DNA from: Nitrososphaeria archaeon
Lineage (GTDB): Archaea > Thermoproteota > Nitrososphaeria > JACIWG01
DNA length: 64,000 nt
Direction: 5' to 3'
NCBI GenBank assembly: GCA_026413865.1
Contig: JAOAKB010000002.1
Location: forward strand, 18,206 to 82,205
Positions 1 to 9,720 of this stretch are shown here, piece after piece. The notes below the pieces were generated by a model, which ran no database searches, was not told where the DNA came from, and saw only the letters and a list, made by a program, of their open reading frames with translations. Numbering within the stretch: the first letter of the stretch is position 1; each line of letters starts with the position of its first letter. The translations under genes were made by a program, and so were the position numbers.

Positions 1-2
1 GA

Positions 3-83
3 GGGGGAATGGAGCGTATGATAGTTTATCCTGTTCTTGTTTGGGCTCTTGGATTTGGCAGCTATTTAATAGGTCAAAAATAA
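3..83 (+). CDS. 3' end of a membrane protein, DUF998-like (partial, begins before the window)
   Basis: Manual translation GGMERMIVYPVLVWALGFGSYLIGQK*. GGMERMIVYP followed by a hydrophobic helix is typical of DUF998 C-termini. Confidence 0.6.
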   Translation, partial: GGMERMIVYPVLVWALGFGSYLIGQK

Positions 84-130
84 GTTATTTTCTTTCAAAT
101 CCTACTGCTATTGAATTTAAGCTTAAATTT

Positions 131-1255
131 TTAGTTTAGGCACATTTTCCTAATCTCTTCTATTACATTCTTATTTAATGGTATTATGGCTTTTTCCATT
201 ACTTCCGCCATGGCTAATAAATTTTCTTCTGGCACATAATTTTCTGTTGACGCTATAACCATTATTCTATTACAATATGGTATGCTTTTTTCTAGCAGTT
301 CTATTAGGTATCTTTTAACATATTGTGGATTTGGACCTTGTGCTGTCGAAATTGCTGATGGAAAGTTTATCCATATTATTTTGTCTTCCCATTGTGCTAA
401 TGCATCCTCTATTGGTAAGTCTCCAGTTGGTGGTGGAGTAAACGCTTCTATGATGTCAACCTTTGATTTTGAAATAAGATTAGATAATGCTTTTAGTTTT
501 CCATCCATATGTACGTCTAATAGTTTACCTTTTGCATGCAATATATTTGCTAGCTTTTCATATGTTGGAAGATAGTATTTTTCAAACATTTTTGGGTTAA
601 CTATAAGGCTGTCTATGTTTCCTCCATACAATATTACCTTAGATGGTGCTTCAGCAGCAATAGGAAAAAGTTCCTTTTCATACTTTTCTTCAAGAATATT
701 ATATATCTCTTCAACGATTTCTTTATTTTTTACCATATCAAGGTAAATTCTATGGCCTATCCATTCAATTATAAGCCGCTGCATAGGCTCATATGGTAAA
801 GTTGATATGACAATACCATCGTTGCCCAAACGTTTCGTCTGATCCTCTACTGGATAATAGTATGGTTTAAAGTGTAGGTTTTCAGCAATAAACTTTAGAA
901 TTCTATAATCTTCTAAACTTTTTACCATAAAACTTGTTCTTATAGGCTGTAAGCCTTTCCAGTCCCTGCCAAAGCAAGCTTGACCATAGCCTACACCAAC
1001 TTTTAGCCGCTCAAATAGGCTTCCAAAACGAGTTTCATACTTTCTAATTATATATTCTCCTTCATATTTTACAGTCAATTCAACATTTGGAATGTATTCT
1101 ATATAACATGGTCTGTAGCAAAGTAAAGCCATGCCCATGTTTCTTGCAATCCGCTCAAGTTCTCCACGTGGAAGATGTCTGTCACAGTGGGCGAAAGGAA
1201 TTCTATCATGACTTTGTTTATTGAGAAAAGAAAGTACGAGTTCTTTTTGGCTCAT
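131..1255 (-). CDS. Uroporphyrinogen decarboxylase-like (URO-D/MtaA superfamily) protein
   Basis: C-terminal barrel motifs: P..FEKYYLP.Y, VHMDG, IIEAFTPPP.GD, IWINFPS, ENYVPEENL. Likely ATG start at 1255; the ORF track extends to 1342. Confidence 0.75.
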   Translation of the reverse strand: MSQKELVLSFLNKQSHDRIPFAHCDRHLPRGELERIARNMGMALLCYRPCYIEYIPNVELTVKYEGEYIIRKYETRFGSLFERLKVGVGYGQACFGRDWKGLQPIRTSFMVKSLEDYRILKFIAENLHFKPYYYPVEDQTKRLGNDGIVISTLPYEPMQRLIIEWIGHRIYLDMVKNKEIVEEIYNILEEKYEKELFPIAAEAPSKVILYGGNIDSLIVNPKMFEKYYLPTYEKLANILHAKGKLLDVHMDGKLKALSNLISKSKVDIIEAFTPPPTGDLPIEDALAQWEDKIIWINFPSAISTAQGPNPQYVKRYLIELLEKSIPYCNRIMVIASTENYVPEENLLAMAEVMEKAIIPLNKNVIEEIRKMCLN

Positions 1256-1457
1256 ATTATACACTTTAACCTTAGAACAATTTTTTGAACTTAAAAACAT
1301 TTCAGTTATAGTATGTCTATAATTTGAGGTTATAGCTATCAAATTGCTTTGCTAAAATTTTTGATTAGAAAATGTACAAAAGTTAGTACAAGCTTTTCTT
1401 TTCTGTTCAAAATTATAGTATTATAAAAGTTGGTATGCAATAGAGAGATGATGTTAA

Positions 1458-1967
1458 TTGAGTAAGGAAAAAAAGATTTTAGTTTTAACAATAATATCTG
1501 CAACAGCAGTTATAGCATTCACAATAACATCTTTAATGAACTTTCCCCCTTCACAAAATAAATTGACAAAAGAGTTTAGGGGAACATTTTTTGTAAGTGA
1601 TGCTGGACAGTCTCATGGTGGATTCGAATATAATGCAGAATGGAACGCTACACTATCTATCATGGACAAAAAGGGGGTCCTAACTCTAGAGCTGAATATA
1701 GGATTAGGTGATGCCCTAAAAAAACACAAATATGATATAACAGATTTCAGTATAGATTCAAAAAAGATTAGCATGAAAATTGATAATAGTGAGGTAGTTT
1801 TAGAGTTTGTTGAAAAAGATAAGATTTGGAATGGACAATATGACAACCACTATATTGCTTCATGGGGCAGTGAAGCGCCACCAGAAGAAGTTATTGGAAA
1901 AATTTCTCCAACAATCTTCCCTGGACTTGCACCACATTATTATGTTGAATTAAGACTTAAAGAATAG
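1458..1967 (+). CDS. Hypothetical N-terminally anchored/secreted beta-rich protein
   Basis: 169-aa ORF. KEKK is followed by a hydrophobic helix and then a soluble domain. Confidence 0.7.
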   Translation: MSKEKKILVLTIISATAVIAFTITSLMNFPPSQNKLTKEFRGTFFVSDAGQSHGGFEYNAEWNATLSIMDKKGVLTLELNIGLGDALKKHKYDITDFSIDSKKISMKIDNSEVVLEFVEKDKIWNGQYDNHYIASWGSEAPPEEVIGKISPTIFPGLAPHYYVELRLKE

Positions 1968-1982
1968 AATTTTTTAAGAATA

Positions 1983-3374
1983 TTATTGTATGTTTTCTTT
2001 TAGTTTATTTGACTTGAAATCTTTTATTAAGTTTATGAAAGTGTCTCTTACTGGTTTATATGCTTTTTCAAAAAATTCTCTTTGACTTTCTAACACATTC
2101 TTTGGAAAACTTTTAAGATAATTTAGTGCTGTATCCCATGCAATTTCAAATGAGACTATCGGTTTAATTTTTTGAACTATTTGATGGTCAAAATCTTTTG
2201 GCAACTGAATTGTGTCACCTATAGTAAACCATCCATCTTCTGTAACTGGCGCCTCTTCATCTCCAATTTTTTCGAATTTTAAAGCTTTCTTTTCTAACAC
2301 ATATTTTGTTATCGAAGTAGCCTTTGCACGATAGTGTATTGGTTTAGAATGTTTAGCCCATGCATAGAAAATTGCTCTGTTCAATCCAAATGATTTAGCT
2401 CTATCAAGATCCCCTTTTAATAGATAGTATCTTGCTGCCTGTAGTAAGGCCATAACCTGAAAACGGCCAATTTTTTCAGACACAATCGGCGTTTTAACAG
2501 CTTCTATGCTTTTCGGTTTAGAGGATATTTCGGTAATCTTTTCTTTATATTTTTGGAAGTAGCCTCCAACTTCTGCTATCGCTTTTAATGCAAGTTGATC
2601 GCCTTCGCCAATAACATAATTCTTCCAACTACTATCATGTTTTGGTGATTGTGGATTACACCATTCTAAATCAAAATTATTGATAGAATTCGGTTTAAAG
2701 CATACTGCAACCAAGTCTAGTTCTCTATGAAGTGATAATGGAGTTGTGAAGACCCTTTGAATGTCTATTTTATTTTCAACCTTAAAGGGCCTTTCTAATG
2801 AAGTAGATTCTTTGGATAATGCACTAATTTTATTCCAAACCCTTTTTAGTACATATTCTACAGTAGAGTATGCTATGTCGAGGGGATGATATTTTTTTAA
2901 AAGTTCTTCTGAAAAGGCGTTTTCATTAACATGAACATGTAGGCCTCGACCAGACCATTTTAGGTAAACGGACTCTCTTAAACCATACTTTCCAAGTTCG
3001 TCTACAATAATATTTGCAGCCTCAAGCGTTAGTTTTATGTTCGATAGTGAGCCGTCAATGTCCCAAACAGGAGTTGCTTTAAAAATATTATCCAATTTTT
3101 CTACATCATCCCTCTTAACTAAACTTCTATACACATTTACTGAAGCGTAAAATGTTCGTGGATAAAGTTTAGAATATTTTCTAATAAAATTCTTTAGAAA
3201 ATCTTTTTTAGAAAATGATAAAGGTGGACCGTTTCTCCAAAGGTATCTGAAAAAGATTCTTTCTTTACTTGATTTGATTTCAAGCGCAACCCATCTATTT
3301 CTACAATATTCGAAGATTTCATCTACTACAAAGTCTCTTAAATAGTATTCTTGTACTTTTTCTAAATCCAACAT
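1983..3374 (-). CDS. Archaeo-eukaryotic primase (AEP/PriS/LigD-Pol-like) domain fused to an uncharacterised C-terminal domain
   Basis: Motif I VWDIDG, motif II WSGRGLHVH, motif III KIDIQRVFTTPLSLH. The extra domain begins at GRFQVMALLQAARYY. Likely start at 3374. Confidence 0.75.
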   Translation of the reverse strand: MLDLEKVQEYYLRDFVVDEIFEYCRNRWVALEIKSSKERIFFRYLWRNGPPLSFSKKDFLKNFIRKYSKLYPRTFYASVNVYRSLVKRDDVEKLDNIFKATPVWDIDGSLSNIKLTLEAANIIVDELGKYGLRESVYLKWSGRGLHVHVNENAFSEELLKKYHPLDIAYSTVEYVLKRVWNKISALSKESTSLERPFKVENKIDIQRVFTTPLSLHRELDLVAVCFKPNSINNFDLEWCNPQSPKHDSSWKNYVIGEGDQLALKAIAEVGGYFQKYKEKITEISSKPKSIEAVKTPIVSEKIGRFQVMALLQAARYYLLKGDLDRAKSFGLNRAIFYAWAKHSKPIHYRAKATSITKYVLEKKALKFEKIGDEEAPVTEDGWFTIGDTIQLPKDFDHQIVQKIKPIVSFEIAWDTALNYLKSFPKNVLESQREFFEKAYKPVRDTFINLIKDFKSNKLKENIQ

Positions 3375-3474
3375 TAGTATAATTGTGTATAGTTCCTTAA
3401 AAGTTTTAGTCAAATAACTATAGCCGATTCAAAAATATTAAAATTCATATACAAATTATACTTGTATTACATGT

Positions 3475-3717
3475 ATGACAATAATTACAGTCAGAGTTAG
3501 TGAGGAAACAAAAAAGAAAATGAAGGAGGTTAATATTAATTGGAGCGAGTTTATAAGAAAGGCAATAGAAGATAAGATTTATGAGGAAAAAAGAAAAAAT
3601 TTGGCTAAAGCAGTCTTGATAAATGAAAGAGTTAAGAAAAAGAGTAAGGGCGAAGAAAAAGCTGAAGAAATAATAAGAAGGTTTAGGGATGAAAGATATA
3701 CAGGAAGTTGTGATTGA
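3475..3717 (+). CDS. vapB: VapB-like antitoxin (RHH/CopG type)
   Basis: 80 aa with ITVRVSEETKKKM..INWSEFIRKAIE. Overlaps the downstream PIN gene. Confidence 0.8.
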   Translation: MTIITVRVSEETKKKMKEVNINWSEFIRKAIEDKIYEEKRKNLAKAVLINERVKKKSKGEEKAEEIIRRFRDERYTGSCD

Positions 3718-4096
3718 TGCAAGCGTTATAGTTAAGTGGTTTGTAAAAGAAGAATCATCTAATAAGGCTATAATAATTAGAGACAAGTATATTGATGGGG
3801 AAATAAAGATTATTGCACCCGAAATTCTCCCCTTTGAAGCCCTAAATGCACGCTACAATAAAAAACTTTTTTCAAAGGACGAATTAAAAGAAATTTCTGA
3901 AGCCCTAGAAAAATTTTCCTTCGAACTTTATCCCTTAAAGGGAGAATATGCAAAAAAGATTGTAGAAATTACTGTTGAAAATAATATAACAGTTTATGGC
4001 GCCTCTTACATTGCTTTAGCTATACTCAAAAACACACAAGTTTATACTTCAGATAGAAAACTTATAGAAAGATTAAATAAAGAATTTTTGGCTTAA
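3689..4096 (+). CDS. vapC: VapC PIN-domain toxin, probably inactivated
   Basis: VIDASVIVKWF, EALN and YTSDR are present, but TVYDA reads TVYGA. The frame stays open past the TAA to 4141. Confidence 0.8.
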   Translation: MKDIQEVVIDASVIVKWFVKEESSNKAIIIRDKYIDGEIKIIAPEILPFEALNARYNKKLFSKDELKEISEALEKFSFELYPLKGEYAKKIVEITVENNITVYGASYIALAILKNTQVYTSDRKLIERLNKEFLA

Positions 4097-4301
4097 ATTA
4101 GAGACATAGAATATTTAGGTGCTGGTAAGCCCTCTCCATAAGGGAATAAATTTAATTAATTTATTTTCAACCTTTAACACATCTTCACATAACTTTTCTT
4201 AAAATATGTTTCAAATCTTATGTATTATAGTACAATAATTTAAATTTTTGGACTATAACATAGAATAATATTTGAACATAATTTTTGGAAGATTTCTAAT
4301 T

Positions 4302-5294
4302 TTATTTTCGAACAGAATATTTTAATATACTTTTGAAATAATGTGAAAATGCTATTAAAAACACGAGTAATATCGTTAGTGCTGTTATAGATTGTATTTG
4401 GTCCAGATTGGGTTTTCTGAACCTGCTTATCAGTTCATCATTGTATGCTAGTAGGATTATCGATGTTGTTTCAACATTTGCTGTACCACATATTGTACCA
4501 TTTAAGTAACTGTGTGTAGCTATTCCACCATTTTCCTTTTGATAAGACCAAGCAACTCTTTCAACCTGATCATAGATTGTGGAATTGTATTCCAGTGCCT
4601 TTACTGTAAAAAGGTATAAGCCTAACTTATAATTTTGATATAAGCTCTTTTCTTTTGCAGCCTTATCAAAAAAACCATAGCCATTCCACATTGAATCTAC
4701 AATTTTGAGCAGTCTAGTCGCATTTTCTTTGTTGCCATAAAGGTATTCGTTTAATGCAAGGTACAAGCATAGGTCAGCATATTCTATTGCATCATAAAAT
4801 ATTCCACCATCATCCTTTTGATGTCTATCAATCCATATAGTATAGTTTATACCATCAAATAAGAAATAGTTAACGCAAATATTCTCTTTATCATATCTAA
4901 TTCTAGTTATTTTTTCACCAAATACTATTTCGAAAAGATTTGGTTTTCCAAAGTTTTTGATATAAGGTGATATTGTTCTACTAATATTTTTTGCAATAAA
5001 ATAATTGTATGGTTCAAGAGCTTTTGCAGCCCACAAATTGTCACTGTAAATCCAGAAAGTTCTGTAGCATGGTGTACTATCTGGCACGTTACTGCCAGTA
5101 TCTTCTGATTCGCTTACAAGCCCTATTCTTGGGTCATATCTGTTAATAATATATTCTGCAGCCCTATTTAGGCTCATAACTTTACTGCCATTTTTTGATG
5201 TTATCTTCACATCTACGATTACTTGTATTGCTAAGAATATAATAAGAATAGTTAAGATTAGGCTGCTTAAGCGAACATTTTTCCTCATTATCAA
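4302..5294 (-). CDS. Hypothetical extracellular protein with N- and C-terminal TM helices, helical-toroid-like
   Basis: Two terminal hydrophobic segments. Internal motifs IYSDN, WNGYGFFD, YQNYKLGL, QKENGG and NVETT. Confidence 0.6.
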   Translation of the reverse strand: MIMRKNVRLSSLILTILIIFLAIQVIVDVKITSKNGSKVMSLNRAAEYIINRYDPRIGLVSESEDTGSNVPDSTPCYRTFWIYSDNLWAAKALEPYNYFIAKNISRTISPYIKNFGKPNLFEIVFGEKITRIRYDKENICVNYFLFDGINYTIWIDRHQKDDGGIFYDAIEYADLCLYLALNEYLYGNKENATRLLKIVDSMWNGYGFFDKAAKEKSLYQNYKLGLYLFTVKALEYNSTIYDQVERVAWSYQKENGGIATHSYLNGTICGTANVETTSIILLAYNDELISRFRKPNLDQIQSITALTILLVFLIAFSHYFKSILKYSVRK

Positions 5295-5324
5295 AAAGGA
5301 TATCTTTTTCCAAGATTTATAATT

Positions 5325-6017
5325 TTAGTCAAGCTTCTTTAATGCATTAATAAGTGCTTGGGATCTTGAACCAAATCTTGTAGCACCAGCTTCATGTAAC
5401 TTTAGTAGGTCTTCCAGATAGTTTACTGAACCCGAAGCCTTCACTTTTATATCCTTCCCCACAGTCTCATAAAGTAGTTTTATATCATGTATAGTTGCAA
5501 AGCCCGGCCCGACACCTGTACACGTTTTAACAAAGTCAGCTCCAGCATTTCTTGAAAGCTTAGCGGCTACAATCTTTTCCTCGTCAGTTAAATATCCTGT
5601 TTCAATAATTACTTTGACAATAATATCTTTACTTTCCTCTTTAGCAGCCTTAACAACTGCCTCAATATCCTTTTTTACAGCCTCATAATCACCAGATTTT
5701 AGTAAGCCTATATTTATAACCATATCAATTTCTTTCGCGCCATTTCTAATCGCTTGTTTTGTTTCAAAAACTTTGGTTTCAGTTGTAGTTGACCCCCATG
5801 GAAAACCGATGGCAGCTAAAACCTTTACCCCAGTACCCTTAAGTTGTTCTACTGCCAATGGAACATAGCATGGAGTTACTGAGACTGCATTAAAGCCGTT
5901 TTCTATTGCGTCCATACAACTTTTTATTACATCTTCTTTTGTAGCATTCGCGTTTAAGGCTGAAGCATAGTCAACCATTTTAGCAATCTCATACCGTGAC
6001 AATTTCTTTTCATCCAT
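5325..6017 (-). CDS. deoC: Deoxyribose-phosphate aldolase
   Basis: IGFPWG, GAKEIDMVIN, KVIIETGYL, GADFVKTCTG, GATRFG. Confidence 0.9.
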   Translation of the reverse strand: MDEKKLSRYEIAKMVDYASALNANATKEDVIKSCMDAIENGFNAVSVTPCYVPLAVEQLKGTGVKVLAAIGFPWGSTTTETKVFETKQAIRNGAKEIDMVINIGLLKSGDYEAVKKDIEAVVKAAKEESKDIIVKVIIETGYLTDEEKIVAAKLSRNAGADFVKTCTGVGPGFATIHDIKLLYETVGKDIKVKASGSVNYLEDLLKLHEAGATRFGSRSQALINALKKLD

Positions 6018-6107
6018 CAAATTTCACATTATAATTTATTGACTTAAAAATATATTAATTTTTAATTTTTTAAGAAAGTTTATATAAACGAATTTTAATT
6101 ATAGTTT

Positions 6108-6884
6108 ATGACCATTATGTCCAATCTATCTGAACTAAAAGAGAGAGTAATGAAAATTATACAGCCGAAAGGGGAGCCCGTAGCATTTAAATTATATACT
6201 ACATTGAATGAAGTTAAAAAACTGAATGTGCCACCTTTGGAAAAAAATCTTGCACTTTGTCAACTACTAAAATATTGTGCAATATTTGGAAAAACCAGAT
6301 ATGTTACTTTTGAAAATGTGGACGCATGTGTTGTTGGAAGCTATGTTTTAGGATTAGGTCTGCCTCCAGAAGATGTTAAGGAAAGATGGGTAAAAGGCTT
6401 TGCATATGAGCCAAAAATATTTGATAAACTTGTTGAGAACATAGAAAGTATATCTTTAGGAAAATATTCTGCAGCAGTTTTTGGAACTCTTGAATGGTTT
6501 AATAAAGTGGGAGAAAAGCCTGATGGAATAATATTGATAGTTAACTCAACACAAACATATCTTCTAAGCGTAGGTTTCTTTGATGCAACAGGAAAGAAGA
6601 TTGTTTCAGCATTTAATGGACATGCTGCTTGTGAAATTGTTGCAGCACTTGAAAAGGGCAAGAGTCCTTGGGTTACAATTCCTTGTGGTGGTGCTAGAGG
6701 AATCGCAGAAGCACAAGATGACGAGATTTGGGTTGGCATGAAAGTTGAAGAGCTTAAAACGACAATAGATAGATTAGAAAGTGTTGGCTTAAAGTATCCT
6801 CCATTCGTCTATGAAATGGTTAAAGCGGATTTGAACCCAGATCATCCATTAACAGGCCTGATAACAAGAAAAGCTAAAGAGTAG
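6108..6884 (+). CDS. DUF169-family protein
   Basis: EPVAFK, LCQ, C..G...LG, AAC, PCGGAR, DDE pattern. Confidence 0.75.
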   Translation: MTIMSNLSELKERVMKIIQPKGEPVAFKLYTTLNEVKKLNVPPLEKNLALCQLLKYCAIFGKTRYVTFENVDACVVGSYVLGLGLPPEDVKERWVKGFAYEPKIFDKLVENIESISLGKYSAAVFGTLEWFNKVGEKPDGIILIVNSTQTYLLSVGFFDATGKKIVSAFNGHAACEIVAALEKGKSPWVTIPCGGARGIAEAQDDEIWVGMKVEELKTTIDRLESVGLKYPPFVYEMVKADLNPDHPLTGLITRKAKE

Positions 6885-6945
6885 GCTAACTCAATCCTTC
6901 TATTTTTTTAACATTTATTAACTAAAAAATTAAATTTTATGGTAC

Positions 6946-7422
6946 ATGAACTCATTAATAGTATACTATTCAAGGACTGGAAAAAATGAAGAACTAGCTA
7001 AAATTTTACAGAAAAAATTAGGTTGTGAGATTGAAAGGATTGAAGAATATGTGAGTAGAAATGGAGTTTTAGGCTTCTTACGTAGTGGGATGCAGGCTAC
7101 TTTTAAGAAAATGAGTGAAATAAAGCCTACAAAAAATGATCCGAAAGACTATGATATAATAATTGTTGTTTCCCCCATTTGGGCTGGACATATTCCACCA
7201 CCTGTTAGAACATACATTTATAAAAACAAGGAAAAGATTGGAAAAATCGCTTACGCTTCAGTATCGTATTCGGGTTACGGAAACACTAGGGTTTTAAAAG
7301 ATTTAGAACACTTGGCTTCAAAGAAGGTTAGTGCACATTTACTTTTAAAAGAAAAAGAGATGGCTTCAAAAGCTCACTTAAATGCGATAGAATCTTTTTT
7401 GAACAATCTAAATAAATTATAA
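6946..7422 (+). CDS. Flavodoxin family protein
   Basis: IVYYSRTGKNE FMN loop and YDIIIVVSPIWAG. Confidence 0.85.
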   Translation: MNSLIVYYSRTGKNEELAKILQKKLGCEIERIEEYVSRNGVLGFLRSGMQATFKKMSEIKPTKNDPKDYDIIIVVSPIWAGHIPPPVRTYIYKNKEKIGKIAYASVSYSGYGNTRVLKDLEHLASKKVSAHLLLKEKEMASKAHLNAIESFLNNLNKL

Positions 7423-7462
7423 GAGTAAGTAGGTCTTGATGGAGATTAAAATTTTATAGTGT

Positions 7463-8227
7463 TCATGATATGTAGCCTAATTTTTCCGAATCTGTTTCCT
7501 CACTTTTTTCTCTCTTAACATATTCTGAAAACTTTTTATGGAATGATAGTGCAAGGTCCTCCATTTTCCTTAAATCTATCTCAACATTAACAATTTTAGA
7601 AAATACTCTTAGTAGTGATAGTGGCGCTATAAGGTCTCTACCTGCCGTCAAATAGGTTTCTCCCAAGAGTATTATACCGTCTATGCCAAACCTTTTACCA
7701 TACCCTACAAGGAGGCCGTTTACACCTGATATCACTCCTTCACCCTTAAACGGTATAACACCATATAGCCTAAGTTCTTCTAAAAGATCTCTTCTGGTGG
7801 CTATTCCATAAACGTTGACAGCCCATCTGTAAGAATATATTGGTGTTGCAGCAAATGTATAGATAATTTTTGGCCTATAAACTCTAATTTGATCAACTAT
7901 TTTATATGAAAGGTGATGTTGCCATTCTGGAGAAGAAGGTTGTGTTATTCCAGTAAATATTAGAAAACTTTTTTCTCCAACATCAGCATAATATAATTGG
8001 AAAAGTTCATTCATAAGGTCTTCGACAACACCGTCATGTGATGATATCACAGGTGAAGCTAGATGTGATGCTTTTATGCATCCAACTTTGCTTGCATTAA
8101 ACTGTTCTATTAGATAGTCGGCAGCCTGCTTTCCAGTTAAACCCATACCTGGAAGACCGGCGACAAAAATCAGATTATCTTTGACTCTATTAGGGTCCAA
8201 GTTTATTTTTAAATCTAATCCAATCAT
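7463..8227 (-). CDS. PAC2-family proteasome assembly chaperone
   Basis: AGLPGMGLTG...DYLI, TG.TQP, ISGVNGLL, LLGET. Confidence 0.85.
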   Translation of the reverse strand: MIGLDLKINLDPNRVKDNLIFVAGLPGMGLTGKQAADYLIEQFNASKVGCIKASHLASPVISSHDGVVEDLMNELFQLYYADVGEKSFLIFTGITQPSSPEWQHHLSYKIVDQIRVYRPKIIYTFAATPIYSYRWAVNVYGIATRRDLLEELRLYGVIPFKGEGVISGVNGLLVGYGKRFGIDGIILLGETYLTAGRDLIAPLSLLRVFSKIVNVEIDLRKMEDLALSFHKKFSEYVKREKSEETDSEKLGYIS

Positions 8228-8292
8228 AGCTTATACACTTACACTTTAAGAAAATTTTATTGTCACATAAATAGTTTTAGCGAAACAATTTT

Positions 8293-9570
8293 TTACTGCT
8301 TTTGTTTTTTAAGTTCTTCTACAATTTCTTTTGCACGGTCAAAACGTATTTTACCCTCTTTAACCATAATTTCGACGGCCTTGTCAACAATATCTGGTGT
8401 AGCACCAGCCATAATAGCTATATTTCTAGCATGTAACTTCATGTGACCTCTCTGTATACCTTCTGTTGCAAGAGCCTTTAATGCAGCCAAATTTTGTATA
8501 AGGCCAACAGCACCCATAACTTCACCAAGTTCATCAGCTGTCTTTACATCAAGAATCTTTAACGCTATCCTAGCAACTGGATGGGTTTTCACTGCACCAC
8601 CAACAAGGCCTACGGCCATAGGCATTTCTAAAGATCCTACAAGGTCGCCTTCTTCATTCTTTTCCCAAACACTTAATGGAGAATATCTTCCAAAACGTGA
8701 AGCATAAGCGTGTGCTCCAGCCTCTATAGCTCTATGGTCTTGTGCTGTAGCCAATGCCACAGCAATTACACCATTCATAATACCCTTATTATGTGTAGCA
8801 GCCCTATAGGGGTCAGCTGAAGCAAAAGCCCATGCGTCAACAATCCTGTCAACAACATCTTCACCACCAATCTCATTCTTATCTATTATTGTTCTTGCAC
8901 GAACAAGTCGCCTGTCAGCCAAATTAGATATTATCCTCAACAAAACCCTTCCACCAGAAATATCTTCTAAATATGGTGCTATTGCTTCAGCCATCGTATT
9001 AACTGCATTTGCACCCATAGCATCCCTAACATCAACGATAACATGGGTTATAACCATAGGTCCTCTTAAAGTATCTATTATCCTTACTTCAATATCTTTT
9101 GCACCACCACCCAAGCTTACGAGTGTTGGATCCTGTTCATTTGCAATCCTAATAAGTTCACTCTTATGCTCTAGAATCTTTAGCTTTGTACCCCAAGGAT
9201 CTTTTATGTGAGTTAACTGTATTTGACCTATCATAATAGGACCTGTACTCGATGTAAATATGCCTCCTTTTGCTCTAGCCCATTTAGCAGCATTACTTGC
9301 TGCGGCAACAACAGAAGGTTCTTCAATAACCATAGGAATAAGCTTATCCTTTCCATTAATCATAAAATTTACTGCAATAGCAAATGGATAAGCCATAGTG
9401 CCAATAACATTTTCAATCATTCTGTCAGCAGTAGAAAGGTCAAGGTTGCCTATCTTTTTCAAAATCATCACTTCTTCTTCTGTAAGATTAGCGAATTCAG
9501 ATACTATTTTCAGCCTTTCTTCTAATGATAGCTTATAAAATCCTGAAATTCTTGATGTCTTATCAGACAT
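8293..9570 (-). CDS. mvaA: Class II (bacterial-type) HMG-CoA reductase
   Basis: SRISGFYKLS, ENVIG, EEPSVVAA, DAMGAN, RAATHNKG, GIQRGHMKLH. Confidence 0.93.
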   Translation of the reverse strand: MSDKTSRISGFYKLSLEERLKIVSEFANLTEEEVMILKKIGNLDLSTADRMIENVIGTMAYPFAIAVNFMINGKDKLIPMVIEEPSVVAAASNAAKWARAKGGIFTSSTGPIMIGQIQLTHIKDPWGTKLKILEHKSELIRIANEQDPTLVSLGGGAKDIEVRIIDTLRGPMVITHVIVDVRDAMGANAVNTMAEAIAPYLEDISGGRVLLRIISNLADRRLVRARTIIDKNEIGGEDVVDRIVDAWAFASADPYRAATHNKGIMNGVIAVALATAQDHRAIEAGAHAYASRFGRYSPLSVWEKNEEGDLVGSLEMPMAVGLVGGAVKTHPVARIALKILDVKTADELGEVMGAVGLIQNLAALKALATEGIQRGHMKLHARNIAIMAGATPDIVDKAVEIMVKEGKIRFDRAKEIVEELKKQKQ

Positions 9571-9720
9571 TTATCATCAAGAAACCGTACAATTATAAAT
9601 TTATATAGTTATAATTTATTTAAATAAATTTTTAGGCAAAGATTTAATATAAGAAAAATTTGATATTACTTTTTGCGATACCTTTATTTATAATTGTAAA
9701 ACATTTTACTGTGACATTTT

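Noticed and set aside
1983-4141. Integrated plasmid or virus around the AEP and VapBC genes
   Set aside because: No integrase, helicase, att repeat, tRNA target or evident compositional shift.
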